The notes: generated from the sequence alone by a model not told the origin. A stretch of 64,000 bases of DNA from Nitrospirales bacterium (GCA_965203295.1 CBDBCZ010000019.1:704001-768000); one strand, 5' to 3'; shown: positions 1 through 9,869, numbered from the stretch's first letter. A program made the numbers and translations.

Positions 1-2800
1 TGACTGGTGCACACTCGGTCACGCCGTAGCCTTCTATTGGTCTGAGACCAAATCTCTCTTCAAACGGGTGCGCAAGACGATCAGACAACTTTTCTGCTCC
101 GGTCAGAACAATACGAAGGGATCCGAATTGATCAGGGGTACACCGACGGAGATAGAGCTGCAAAAAAGTCGGGGTCGTAATAAGAATGGTGACGCGATGT
201 TTCTTGATCAGTTCACCAATTGGTCCAGCATCCAAGGGAGATGGATGAAAGACCACACCGACTCCGTGGATAGCTGCCAGCCAGAGCGTGGCAAGGCAAC
301 CAAATGAGTGGAAGTGGGGTAGGATACCGAGCATACGGTCGTTAGGCCCGAGGTGGAATACTTGCGCGACCCCTTCCACATTCGAGTCGATGTTAAAATG
401 GCTAAGCATCACCCCTTTGGGATCACCAGTGCTTCCGCTGCTAAAGATAATGGTGGCCAGATCGTCAATGCTTGGACGTCGAGTCGCTCCAGCGACTCGC
501 TCAAGCAAGCGGATGGGAGCCAACAATGCAAGAAGCATCGCGGTGAGGCGTTCCTTGGGTCCGATCGTTTTTCGAATATCCTCAATCCAGAGCATCGAAG
601 CTGTTTCAGGAACCTCTAATTTGGCTTTTTCGACAAAGGTTCGGCTTGTGACAATGCTCGCAAGTCCGGCCTGATTAGCCGCCGCTTCCATACCACTTCG
701 TCCTGCTGTGTAATTGAGATTGACAACCGTTCGACCTGAGAGGGTCCCGGCAATGTTGATTAAGGCACTGCCGACGCTGGGAGGAAGAAGAATGCCTATG
801 GTCTTTTGCTCTGCCCAATAGGGTCGAAGGGCACGAGCCAAGGCGACTGTTCCTATGAGAGCTTCCAAGCAAGAGACCTTTGGCCGAGTGAGGTCACCGA
901 AGGCGAAACGAAAGGGGTGACGGCGCATCGCTCGGATTACAGAATGATGCAACGGTCGACGGATGGATCTTCTGTGTCTCCACGCTGCCTCACCCAATTC
1001 TTGGACAATCCGACGAACTTCTGTCGCGGAGGTAGAAGAGGGAAGCGGAGCCCCATAAGATACCGTGACCGGATAAGGGATTTGCTCAGGCCTTTTGGTG
1101 ATGAATCGACCACCGATAAAACTAAATATACTGCCCCAGACACGATCTAAGTGAACGGGGATAATTGGAGTCTCTCGACCCTTGATAATTCGCTCAAAGC
1201 CAGCACGAAATGGAAGCAATCCTCCGGTCCGTGTAATTTGACCCTCTGGAAAAATACAGAGTAATTCCCCCTCGTCCAATTGCCGGCCCGCTTCTCGAAG
1301 GGAATGCAAGATTTCCCGTGGAGTTCCTGTTGAAGAGATGGGAATGGCTCCCATCACCTGGGCTAACTGATGAAACAGGGGATGCTCGTAATAGTGTTTA
1401 TCGACGACAAACCGAATTCGTCGATCAGTGCTGGCAAGAAGGAGGAGGCCATCGACGAAAGACACATGGTTAGGAAGAAGGAGAGCCCCTCCTTGGTCCG
1501 GGACATGGTCCCTACCGATGACTTTGAGCCGGTATATGGTGTTGGTCAGCAAAATAAGCGTGAATCGCACAAAGGCTTCAGGCAAGACCCACAGGGCGCA
1601 AAGAGTCAAGCCAGCGGTTGCTAACCCTGACGTGACTAGGATTCCGCTCGCCTGGAGACCAAGATGAGACAACAGTCCGGCGCCCAACGAGCCGGCTAAT
1701 ACCCCAGCAAAAACAAAGGTATTACCGAAAGCGATCACGGCGCCGCGACGATCGTCAGGCGATCTCCATTGGATCAGGGCATTAATCGGAACGACAACAA
1801 AGCCGCTGGCTATTCCAAGGATAGCCATTCCTACAAGGGTCCCAGGAAGTTGCGGAGCCAGAATTCCAAGAAGAAAAAGGGTGATGGTTAACCCAATGGC
1901 GCCGAGCGGGATGTGACCATACTCAACTTTTGACCCCGCTAGTTTTCCTGCGAGAACAGATCCAATACCCACGCCAATTCCGAATGTGGCGAGAGGGATG
2001 CCCGCCAATGTATCAGAGAGTCTCAGCACGGCTTTTGAATAGACCAGGATGTCCTGCCCAACGAGACTGGCAATGGTCCAATAGGACACATTGCCCAGAA
2101 TTCCGATCCGTAACACTCGATCGGCTCTTATGGCTTCCCAAGCCGATTGGATGGTGTTGATGACTCCTCCTTCTTCCCTGGCTCGTGGTACTTGGGGTAT
2201 GGCGAATGAGGCCAAAAAGCCTACGAGTGAAAATGTGGTGAGAATCAAACCGGCTAGCCAAGGGGATTCCCCAGACAAATCCAGCAGCAGGCCGGCCACA
2301 GCTGTTCCAGCAATAATGCCGAGAAACGTCCACATTTCCAGATGACCATTTCCGACGGATAACCGCTCGTGTGGAAGGAGTTCAGGCAAAATTCCATATT
2401 TGGATGGACTGAACAAAGCACTCTGAGCACCCATGCCTCCCAATACGATGAGTGGAAGTATCCCTCCTACAGGATTGAGGAACAGGGCCAGGGTTCCGAT
2501 TCCCATCAATACAATTTCGACGGCCTTCATCACGATGATGACGGTCCGCTTACTAAACTGATCTGAAAACACACCCGCAAAAATCGAAATCAGCATGAGT
2601 GGGAGTGTGAAGACAACAAAGGTCAGGGTTGTTTGCGTTTGCGAAGCGAGTTCGAAAAATGAGCCTGATGTTCCCAATTCCGAGGCCACCTGTTTGATGG
2701 CCAAAAAGGCCACCATCAATTTCCATGCATTATCGTTGAATGCCCCAAAAAACTGGGCGATGAACAGGCCACGAAGAAGGTGTTGGGAACGGGGATGCAT
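1..2800 (-). CDS. aas: Aas-like fusion: LplT-type MFS + PlsC acyltransferase + AMP-binding acyl-ACP synthetase (3' end runs off window)
   Basis: Manual translation from ATG at 2800: MHPRSQHLLRGLFIAQFLGAFNDNAWK, PNHVSFVD, IIFSSGSTGDPKGVMLSH, EGYGVTECAPV; absent from the ORF track, consistent with no stop inside the window. Confidence 0.9.
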   Translation of the reverse strand, partial: MHPRSQHLLRGLFIAQFFGAFNDNAWKLMVAFLAIKQVASELGTSGSFFELASQTQTTLTFVVFTLPLMLISIFAGVFSDQFSKRTVIIVMKAVEIVLMGIGTLALFLNPVGGILPLIVLGGMGAQSALFSPSKYGILPELLPHERLSVGNGHLEMWTFLGIIAGTAVAGLLLDLSGESPWLAGLILTTFSLVGFLASFAIPQVPRAREEGGVINTIQSAWEAIRADRVLRIGILGNVSYWTIASLVGQDILVYSKAVLRLSDTLAGIPLATFGIGVGIGSVLAGKLAGSKVEYGHIPLGAIGLTITLFLLGILAPQLPGTLVGMAILGIASGFVVVPINALIQWRSPDDRRGAVIAFGNTFVFAGVLAGSLGAGLLSHLGLQASGILVTSGLATAGLTLCALWVLPEAFVRFTLILLTNTIYRLKVIGRDHVPDQGGALLLPNHVSFVDGLLLLASTDRRIRFVVDKHYYEHPLFHQLAQVMGAIPISSTGTPREILHSLREAGRQLDEGELLCIFPEGQITRTGGLLPFRAGFERIIKGRETPIIPVHLDRVWGSIFSFIGGRFITKRPEQIPYPVTVSYGAPLPSSTSATEVRRIVQELGEAAWRHRRSIRRPLHHSVIRAMRRHPFRFAFGDLTRPKVSCLEALIGTVALARALRPYWAEQKTIGILLPPSVGSALINIAGTLSGRTVVNLNYTAGRSGMEAAANQAGLASIVTSRTFVEKAKLEVPETASMLWIEDIRKTIGPKERLTAMLLALLAPIRLLERVAGATRRPSIDDLATIIFSSGSTGDPKGVMLSHFNIDSNVEGVAQVFHLGPNDRMLGILPHFHSFGCLATLWLAAIHGVGVVFHPSPLDAGPIGELIKKHRVTILITTPTFLQLYLRRCTPDQFGSLRIVLTGAEKLSDRLAHPFEERFGLRPIEGYGVTECAPV

Positions 2801-2920
2801 TCTTGTTGAGGTCTATCTTTGCAATGAATGTGGAAGCATGGTCTCTGCTTGTGTTTTTTTATGGATTGACTTCGGCTGACACGTCCATGTTCATGATCAG
2901 CTATCGTGCTGCGTGAAGAT

Positions 2921-3532
2921 CTAGATCGAGTTCAAGGAATCTCTGGATGATGCATTCCCTTTCTGGATACGCAATACGCGTGTCGCAATATCGACTACTT
3001 CATCAGTGGCAGCACGATCATATAAGTTTTTATTGCGATAGTAATAAACGACTTGTCCTTTATCATCAACAAGGAGAGTTCCACCTTGTTGACGGCTATC
3101 CCCCTCCACCCAAGTTTGGCGGTGACCAGCGAAGAATGCTCGCACGAAGCCAAATAAGGCAAGAGGGCCAAGAGTCGCCCACCACGATCGTTCCAAGCCC
3201 ATTGCGGCAAAAGCACGCAGGGAAGGATCTGTAAGAATTTCCACTTTTTTGTCATGAAGCGTATGACGGTCCATAAAGCCAGCCATGTAACGAGGTTCAC
3301 CATTTCCGATGAAGATTGTTTTCAAGCCTAAGTTGTGAAGTTCAAGGAGTCGAGGAGTTAACTCATTCACGTGCTGGCTACAACCCATGCAACCAAAATG
3401 ACGAAGGAACAACAACAGCGTCGGACCCTGAGCCCAGCAATCTCCTAGATATACTTTGGATAAATCAGCTTTGAGAACTTGGCATTCAGCTAATGAAGAT
3501 GGCGGTGGTTGTCCAACGATTGGTTTAGCCAT
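2921..3532 (-). CDS. Peroxiredoxin-like AhpC/TSA (PRXL2-type) protein
   Basis: FLRHFGCMGC CxxC motif and QQGGT motif typical of this family. Confidence 0.8.
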   Translation of the reverse strand: MAKPIVGQPPPSSLAECQVLKADLSKVYLGDCWAQGPTLLLFLRHFGCMGCSQHVNELTPRLLELHNLGLKTIFIGNGEPRYMAGFMDRHTLHDKKVEILTDPSLRAFAAMGLERSWWATLGPLALFGFVRAFFAGHRQTWVEGDSRQQGGTLLVDDKGQVVYYYRNKNLYDRAATDEVVDIATRVLRIQKGNASSRDSLNSI

Positions 3533-3752
3533 GAACTGGATAGTAGACGGAAACGCTTCGCCATTCTAGCGGTATTTTGTCTTTCGAGCATACTGTCTTT
3601 CGCGTTTGTGCCGTATCAGAAGACTGGAAGTTTCTTGCTAAGTGCTGAAAAAGCTAATAGGATTTCTCAAATGATCAATCGCAGTGTGTGAAGATAGCCT
3701 ACTCAGGCTGCTTAAGCCTCAGACGATAATTGGAAACAGAATGGATTGAATA

Positions 3753-4226
3753 ATGCAAGAGAACCTGCCGGACATACTCCTGAGACAATGGGCTCTCCGT
3801 CTTAAGCGAGCGCAACTGGCTCATCGCTTTGCTGCAAAGGGCTACAGCACGTTGCATCTTTGGATGGGTATTCCGGCTGTGGTGTTGGCAACTGTCGTCG
3901 CCACATCGGTCTTCGCATCCTGGGAGGGACAATTGGAGGGATATGGAAGAATACTCACGGGGATGCTGAGTGTTGGGGCCGCGATTTTTGCCGCACTGCA
4001 AACATTTCTGCGATTCGAAGAAAAATCAGAAAAACATCAGATGACCGACGCTCGTTATGGAGCAATCAGGCAAAAGATCGAACAAACCCAAGCATTTATG
4101 AGGATGCATCACGAGGATCTCGATGATTTCTATCACAAGATCAGACGTGAGATAGAAGAACTCTCGAAGGAAGCGCTAATCGTGCCAGAACGTTTCTGGC
4201 AACAGGCTCGACGAGTGATGCCGTAG
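3753..4226 (+). CDS. SLATT-domain two-TM membrane protein
   Basis: AQLAH..A..Y..LHLWMGIP, two hydrophobic helices, LQTFL.F.EK.EKH....RY..I pattern. Confidence 0.7.
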   Translation: MQENLPDILLRQWALRLKRAQLAHRFAAKGYSTLHLWMGIPAVVLATVVATSVFASWEGQLEGYGRILTGMLSVGAAIFAALQTFLRFEEKSEKHQMTDARYGAIRQKIEQTQAFMRMHHEDLDDFYHKIRREIEELSKEALIVPERFWQQARRVMP

Positions 4227-4410
4227 GAAGCCCACATCGAAGATGAAGGAACCTTCTAGGCTATTCAGCCTTTATCTCAAATCAGATCGCACCTTTCAAA
4301 CTCGACAATCATTTTTAGGTGTATTTCTGTCTTGGTCAATGGTCACGTTTGTTCTTCACTTCATTCATCAGGTACGATCGGATTGAGATTCTCAGGAAGG
4401 GAGAAAGCAC

Positions 4411-5136
4411 ATGGTTGATACGGCCTTGAACCTTGAACAAATAATGGGGTCCATGCAAGAGCCCGTTCGAAAGTATGGGGAGCGAGTGCAGGCGTTAGCG
4501 GGGGGAAATGGATTGGCCGTGACGTTATTTGGGATGATCGCGTCCGGAACATTCGACATCAGTCGGCATACGGTGCGAAGTGTCGTTGTGCTCCAGGAGG
4601 TCGATCTCGAAATGCTTCGCCAATTCGCCAAAGATGGAGCGAAGCTTGGGAAAGCCCGTATTGCTGCTCCATTGATTATGACCCACGAGTATATTTCGTT
4701 GTCGGTCGACAGTTTTCCATTAGAATTTATTGAAATTCAACAAAGTCATCTCTGCCTTTTTGGACCGGATTACTTTGCGGATCTTGTTTTCGAACCCACA
4801 CATGTACGGCTTCAGACTGAGCGTGAACTGAAAACCATTTTGATTGGGATGCGCCAAGCCTTGCTAGCGGCGGCAGGGCGAGAAAAACTGTTTGGGGGTA
4901 TTGAGACGGATGTGGCTGAGCGATTGATTCGAACTCTACGCGGATTGCTTTGGTTACATGAACAGAATGAAGCTCTCCCCGCGGTTGAAGTTGTGGCGCA
5001 AGTTGAACGAGAAGTGCAGAAGGGGTTATCAGGTCTGAGAAGTGCCTTACAACAAGAAGGTCCGCATGGCTGGGATCAATTTAAAGAACTCTACGAGGAT
5101 GTTGATGCGCTCAGGAAGATTATTGAGACCTGGTAG
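4411..5136 (+). CDS. Nucleotidyltransferase-fold protein, apparently degenerate active site
   Basis: PLIMT...S.DSFPLEF and LQTERELK motifs of the LemA/TPM-linked NTase-like family; GS/DxD positions read LFGM...HTVRS. Confidence 0.65.
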   Translation: MVDTALNLEQIMGSMQEPVRKYGERVQALAGGNGLAVTLFGMIASGTFDISRHTVRSVVVLQEVDLEMLRQFAKDGAKLGKARIAAPLIMTHEYISLSVDSFPLEFIEIQQSHLCLFGPDYFADLVFEPTHVRLQTERELKTILIGMRQALLAAAGREKLFGGIETDVAERLIRTLRGLLWLHEQNEALPAVEVVAQVEREVQKGLSGLRSALQQEGPHGWDQFKELYEDVDALRKIIETW

Positions 5137-5968
5137 CTTTCTTATCATTACATTAATGGGGCTTTTCTTCTGCGTCTGGATGGGTGTGCCTTCATGGGTG
5201 TGTGCGGAAGTCACCATTCCTGATCCCGGAACCTATGTGGTTGATACAGCGGGAATCATTCAAGGGTCGGCGCGAACTCAACTCGAAGGCTGGCTTCGGG
5301 AGTTCGAGCAAAAGACCACTGCTCAAGTCAAAGTGTTAACGGTTCAAACCACAGATGGAGAAGACTTTTTTACCTTTGCGCAACGTCATGCTGAGTCTTG
5401 GAAGTTAGGTCAACAGGGAAAGGATAATGGCGCCTTGATTGCTCTTGCCCTGAAAGAACGGCGAGTTCGAATTCAAACCGGTTATGGGTTGGAAGGGGTC
5501 ATTCCGGATTCTTGGGCTGGATCTCTTTCTCGGGCTGTGGCCTCACAATATTTTAAGCAGGGTCAATTCTCGCAAGGGCTCTTTCAGATCACGGTGGCGA
5601 CGGTCAATAAGATTGCTGAGTCTCAGGAAGTTCGATTAACGGGAATACCCCAGACACATTACCGACCGACTAGTTCTCGCGGTAGCGGCGGGGCTTTTGC
5701 CGGTCTGATCCCCTTCCTTATTCTCTTTGCGTTTCTGTCCTCTATGAGGCGGCGTGGACGCTACTATTCAGCATGGGGAGGACGTGGGATGGGCGGTATA
5801 ATGGGAGGCTTTCTCATGGGAAGTATGATGGGAAACGTCCTTGGTGGAGGTCGTTCCCACTGGGCTGGCCATGGGGGTGGGTTTGGAGGGGGATTCGGTG
5901 GAGGTTTTGGTGGATCCTTTGGGGGTGGAGGTGGTTTTGGTGCTGGGGGCGGTGGTGCGAGTTGGTGA
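5105..5968 (+). CDS. TPM-domain membrane protein with Gly-rich tail
   Basis: VVDTAGII, WKLGQQGKDNG, RIQTGYGLEG, C-terminal GGGGASW. Confidence 0.9.
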   Translation: MRSGRLLRPGSFLIITLMGLFFCVWMGVPSWVCAEVTIPDPGTYVVDTAGIIQGSARTQLEGWLREFEQKTTAQVKVLTVQTTDGEDFFTFAQRHAESWKLGQQGKDNGALIALALKERRVRIQTGYGLEGVIPDSWAGSLSRAVASQYFKQGQFSQGLFQITVATVNKIAESQEVRLTGIPQTHYRPTSSRGSGGAFAGLIPFLILFAFLSSMRRRGRYYSAWGGRGMGGIMGGFLMGSMMGNVLGGGRSHWAGHGGGFGGGFGGGFGGSFGGGGGFGAGGGGASW

Positions 5969-6060
5969 TTAATGATGATAGCATACATTCCAGACATGAT
6001 AGACTTGGAAGAGGATTTCATCTGATGGTTTCTTGAGAGAACAAATGTGAAGGAGGAAAC

Positions 6061-6633
6061 GTGAGCGCGGGTCGAATTCTACTGATGGTTTTCGGTGTCA
6101 TTGTCGTGTTGGTGTTGATGGCTGGAGGATGTGTGTATTCCGGGTATAACCATGCTATTACTCTGGATGAGGCTGTCAAAAGTCGCTGGGCCCAAGTCGA
6201 AAACCAATTGCAACGTCGGTTCGAGCTCATCCCGAATCTGTTAGAAACCGTCAAGGGTGTCGCCAAGCAGGAGGAAAAAATTTTCTTGGGTGTGGCGGAG
6301 GCCCGAAAATCCTATTTTCAGGCGGGATCCATTAATGAAAAAGCCAAAGCGGCGGGTGGATTTGAGTCGGCGCTCCCCCGCCTGTTGGTCCTTCGAGAGA
6401 CTTATCCTCAACTCAAATCGGACCAATCCTTTTTAAAACTCCAAGATCAGCTTGAGGGAACCGAAAATCGTTTGTCGGTTGAGCGAAAGCGGTATAACGA
6501 TTCCGTGCGCGAACTGAACACCTTTACTCGCAAATTGTTGGGCCGGTTTTATGCAGGTTTGGCTGGTGTTGAACAGGCGGAGTACTTTGAAATCGAAGAA
6601 GCAGCCAAAGAGACTCCCAAAGTAAAATTTTAG
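6061..6633 (+). CDS. lemA: LemA family protein
   Basis: WAQVENQLQRRFELIPNL, YPQLKS, LEGTENRLSVERKRYN. Confidence 0.95.
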   Translation: MSAGRILLMVFGVIVVLVLMAGGCVYSGYNHAITLDEAVKSRWAQVENQLQRRFELIPNLLETVKGVAKQEEKIFLGVAEARKSYFQAGSINEKAKAAGGFESALPRLLVLRETYPQLKSDQSFLKLQDQLEGTENRLSVERKRYNDSVRELNTFTRKLLGRFYAGLAGVEQAEYFEIEEAAKETPKVKF

Positions 6634-6662
6634 TGGCCGTGCTTGGAGGAAGAGAGGAAGAA

Positions 6663-7073
6663 ATGGCTTATTCACCAACGAGTGATGTGTCATCGGAAGT
6701 GCTCTCGGACAAAATCAGTAGTGAACCAAGCCTTGGGAAAGACAAAGTTGACGCGTTAATCGGGCAGGGTGTCGAATTTAAAGGTGTCATTCATTACAAA
6801 GGCAGCGTGCGCATTGACGGCCGTTTGGATGGTGAAATCCATACGGAAGGGACGCTCCTAGTTGGTACGGATGCGACAATCAACGCCAAAATTAGTGCCG
6901 GGTCAGTCATTAGTAAGGGACGAATCATCGGTGATATTCAGGCGAAACAAAAAGTTCTGTTACTCAAATCATCGTATATGGAGGGAACTTTGAATACGCC
7001 TCGATTGTCCATGGAAGAAGGCGTGATATTTAACGGAACCATTAAAATGGAAAAATCTAGGGCTAAATCATAG
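6663..7073 (+). CDS. Bactofilin (polymer-forming cytoskeletal protein)
   Basis: IGQGVEFKG..VRIDGRLDGEI..MEEGVIFNG beta-helix pattern; ATG 6663 after GAGGAAG. Confidence 0.9.
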   Translation: MAYSPTSDVSSEVLSDKISSEPSLGKDKVDALIGQGVEFKGVIHYKGSVRIDGRLDGEIHTEGTLLVGTDATINAKISAGSVISKGRIIGDIQAKQKVLLLKSSYMEGTLNTPRLSMEEGVIFNGTIKMEKSRAKS

Positions 7074-7259
7074 AATCTTCTGGTGATAATTCAATAGAGA
7101 TGAAGTACAGAGCTTACCTGCGCGATCTGCGATCCATGGATGGTCTAAAGTCTTTCGAATAAGATCTGATATTTCTTTGTAAGACTTTGAATCACAGTTG
7201 ACGAATGCAGTTGGATGACGTTGGGAATTCCTGCGACACGCAGGCGACCTGAGTGATTA

Positions 7260-7586
7260 TGCCCTCAGTCGTAGGCGGGCATCCAGGTTACATAGAAAGG
7301 TGGATCCCCGCCAAAGGTTTAAAAAATTTGGCACCTTATTTTTTGTTCCGCTTTGCGCGCGGCTGAGTCCCAGCGCCGAATCCGACGATTCGGTGAGGAC
7401 TGTTTGAGCGGAGCGAGTTCCGCAGCCATGTGATTCGGTGCTGGGACGAAGGAGACCCGCAGGGCCGGGCGCGAGCGGGAATGGTTTTGGGTCCTTTTGC
7501 CGAAAGAAAAGGACCTCGACTGCCGGGGCGAACCCCGGCAATGTGGAACTGTGAACGAGAAACTCGAAACCTTAAACTTGAAACTC
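7260..7586 (+). repeat. Structured dispersed repeat, copy A (REP-like 5' part + ~200 bp core + heptamer tail)
   Basis: Near-identical to reverse complement of 62627-62960; core shared with 34781-34969 and 35641-35844. Confidence 0.95.
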
Positions 7587-7650
7587 ACCCTATCAGACAC
7601 TGTCTGAAAAAAAATAAAACCAATTTTTTACAAATTATTCCCAATTACCC

Positions 7651-8121
7651 ATGCCTGATTATCTTCTTAGCTGGATCCATCTGCTTGCCGTCATCACCTT
7701 CATCGGTGGGTTGATCTTTACGCAATTGGTACTGAAACCCGCGCTCCAAGCCCTCACTCCCACGTCCCAGCAAGCGGAGGTCCTTCGCCGCACGGGGCGA
7801 CGCTTTCGAACGCTTGCCTGGGTCAGCCTGATCACTCTTATTCTGACTGGGGCTTACAGTATGCTCAATGAAAGCGGGGCTGGGAGAATTGAAACAACCT
7901 GGGGTGTGGTCTTGATGCTGAAGCTGTTTGTCTTTGCGATCACCTTCGGATTAATCATTATCCACGATTTTATCCTGGACCCGTATGCCTCTTCTTCAGG
8001 GCCTACCGGAAAAACTTCAGTTCAACCCCACAATATCGGCTGGATTACATTCATCCAACAAGCCATTCTCTTCCTCACCCTTGCCATCCTTCTCATCGCT
8101 TCGTACCTGAAAAGTATCTAA
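7651..8121 (+). CDS. CopD/DUF4149-like membrane protein
   Basis: WIHLLA...IGG, LILTG, LKL, IIHDF motifs; four TM helices. Confidence 0.7.
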   Translation: MPDYLLSWIHLLAVITFIGGLIFTQLVLKPALQALTPTSQQAEVLRRTGRRFRTLAWVSLITLILTGAYSMLNESGAGRIETTWGVVLMLKLFVFAITFGLIIIHDFILDPYASSSGPTGKTSVQPHNIGWITFIQQAILFLTLAILLIASYLKSI

Positions 8122-8170
8122 GATTCATAGAAGCCCAGAGAATGTTAGCTTTCCTATTGGGGAGCTATGG

Positions 8171-8527
8171 CTAAAGGCAGGAGAAAGAATCAGGATAAGA
8201 AATAGAGAAGCCCCATTCCATCCATTTCTTGGCTTCTTTAAGGTTGCGTAGCTGCTCACTTAATTCGATTGCTGCCCGCTCGTAAATGTCCTTTCTGGGT
8301 CCAAAGGCTACAATTTCTACTCTAGAGCCTTGGATCCTCAGAATCAGTCTAGATCGAGCTACTCGGAAACTTCTCAGCCCCGTCAATTCATCTTTTAATT
8401 TTTTTGCCTGGCAGGGATTTTCAGCAAGGGAATGTAAAGCTGCATTTACTTTCCCTTTAAACTGTGGGGGGAGATGTGTGATTAGGTCTCGAACAGCCTG
8501 GACCATTTCCAGGCGAAACCTTCTCAT
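8171..8527 (-). CDS. RelE/ParE family type II toxin
   Basis: LAENP..KKL..L.GLRSFRV...RLI...GPRKDIY; overlaps antitoxin stop. Confidence 0.85.
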   Translation of the reverse strand: MRRFRLEMVQAVRDLITHLPPQFKGKVNAALHSLAENPCQAKKLKDELTGLRSFRVARSRLILRIQGSRVEIVAFGPRKDIYERAAIELSEQLRNLKEAKKWMEWGFSISYPDSFSCL

Positions 8528-8811
8528 TTCATTCGTTTTCTTCCCGTCAGTGATTCTCCAAACACTTCCTCGAAGGAAAATCGATGGCCTTTTTCTAGCT
8601 GCGTGAGTCCTCGTCTAATTTCTTCCATGAGAGCTGGATTTTTTTGGATTTCCCGAGTCTCCTTCCAACTCTCAAATTCTTCTGCGCTCATCAGAATGGC
8701 GGCAGGTCGGCCATTTCGAGTGATAACCAATTCTTTGTCGGTTTGCTCGACTTCTTTTACTAATTCGCTTAAACGAGCTTTTGCTTCAAATAACGTTAGG
8801 GCTTTAGACAT
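8524..8811 (-). CDS. Phd/YefM family antitoxin
   Basis: EAKARLSELV...VITRNGRPAAILMSAEEFES..ET. Confidence 0.92.
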   Translation of the reverse strand: MSKALTLFEAKARLSELVKEVEQTDKELVITRNGRPAAILMSAEEFESWKETREIQKNPALMEEIRRGLTQLEKGHRFSFEEVFGESLTGRKRMK

Positions 8812-8838
8812 AGGGCACCTCAAAACAGACTAGAATTC

Positions 8839-8867
8839 AGACTAACTCTATTTTCTTATTGTGTCAA
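8839..8867 (-). promoter_or_regulatory. Sigma70-type promoter of TA operon overlapped by CAGACTA direct repeats
   Basis: Minus strand TTGACA-17 bp-TAGTCT; CAGACTA at 8826 and 8838. Confidence 0.6.
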
Positions 8868-8924
8868 GAAAGCCACCATTGCATCATGAGGGTTCTGTGT
8901 TAAGAGGGTCTTGGAGGGGTATCT

Positions 8925-9848
8925 TTAAAACGGCGTTTCTCCTTCCCGCAACTTGGCGAGTGCGGTTTTGACAAAGTCGGCGTCCTTGCTACTAGGATCC
9001 ATATTTTTAAACGCAGTCGCCCATGCTTCCTCCGTCTCTCTATGACGGTCAAGATACCAGAGTACGACACCCCGGTACCAATTCACACCAGGTTGATTGG
9101 GCATGTCGACTAGAACCTTATCGAAGTGGCCTAAAGCTTCTTGAAACAGTTCAGGATCGTCAAATTTCCGTGTTTCCAGCATGATGACTCCTAGATGGAA
9201 ATGCGCTTCGTGATTTCGGGGATCGAGCTCGAGGACTTTGGTCCATGCTTTTTTCGCATCATCGATCCGTTGCATGGCCATGTATGATCTGCCTGCCATA
9301 ATCTGTCCCTGAAGATTATTCGGGTCTTGGCGCAGTCGCTCCTCAAGCCGTGCCACCATTTCCCGTGGGTCTGGGGCGTCCACGCCCATCTGTGACTGAA
9401 GTTCCACAAGATTTTCAATCGTGCGCCATTGGATGTAGCCATAGATGCCGATGGATACGGCCAAGACCAACACACTGGGCACGAAAGCCGCCACCCATCG
9501 TGATGCAGAACCTGCAGGGACAAATCCAGAATCGACAGGAGAGGAAAGGTCGGCTTGTAAGCATTCGAGTCGATCGATGACTTGGAGAAGACGTCGTTCG
9601 TCAGTCGCTTTGAGCCTTTCGTAATCATGAGACTCCAATCTGCCCTGGGCTAATTCCACTTCCAATTCTTGCAAGGACTGTAACAACACCTCACGCTCAA
9701 CAGTGAGATCGGCTATCTCTTGGTCTTGCTCCGCCTTTTGCGGGACTAGCAGGGAGCCGGTCTGGTCTTTTCGCCAAAAGGGCGAGGAGATCCCGACAAT
9801 CACGAGGGTCAGGATAAGCCCACAAACAATAAGAAATGCGATTGACAT
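8925..9848 (-). CDS. ccmI: CcmI/CycH-like TPR cytochrome c maturation protein
   Basis: N-terminal TM, LQELE.ELAQG.L...DYE.LK, second TM, TPR repeats; last gene of ccm cluster. Confidence 0.8.
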   Translation of the reverse strand: MSIAFLIVCGLILTLVIVGISSPFWRKDQTGSLLVPQKAEQDQEIADLTVEREVLLQSLQELEVELAQGRLESHDYERLKATDERRLLQVIDRLECLQADLSSPVDSGFVPAGSASRWVAAFVPSVLVLAVSIGIYGYIQWRTIENLVELQSQMGVDAPDPREMVARLEERLRQDPNNLQGQIMAGRSYMAMQRIDDAKKAWTKVLELDPRNHEAHFHLGVIMLETRKFDDPELFQEALGHFDKVLVDMPNQPGVNWYRGVVLWYLDRHRETEEAWATAFKNMDPSSKDADFVKTALAKLREGETPF

Positions 9849-9869
9849 GATGGATGCCTTGACTGCCGT

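Noticed and set aside
2921..3532. Possible selenoprotein (PRXL2/SelU-like family)
   Set aside because: The motif is CMGC with ordinary Cys codons and there is no in-frame TGA.
5860..5965. G-rich tandem repeats or G-quadruplex
   Set aside because: Explained by the GGGFGGG tail typical of TPM-domain proteins.
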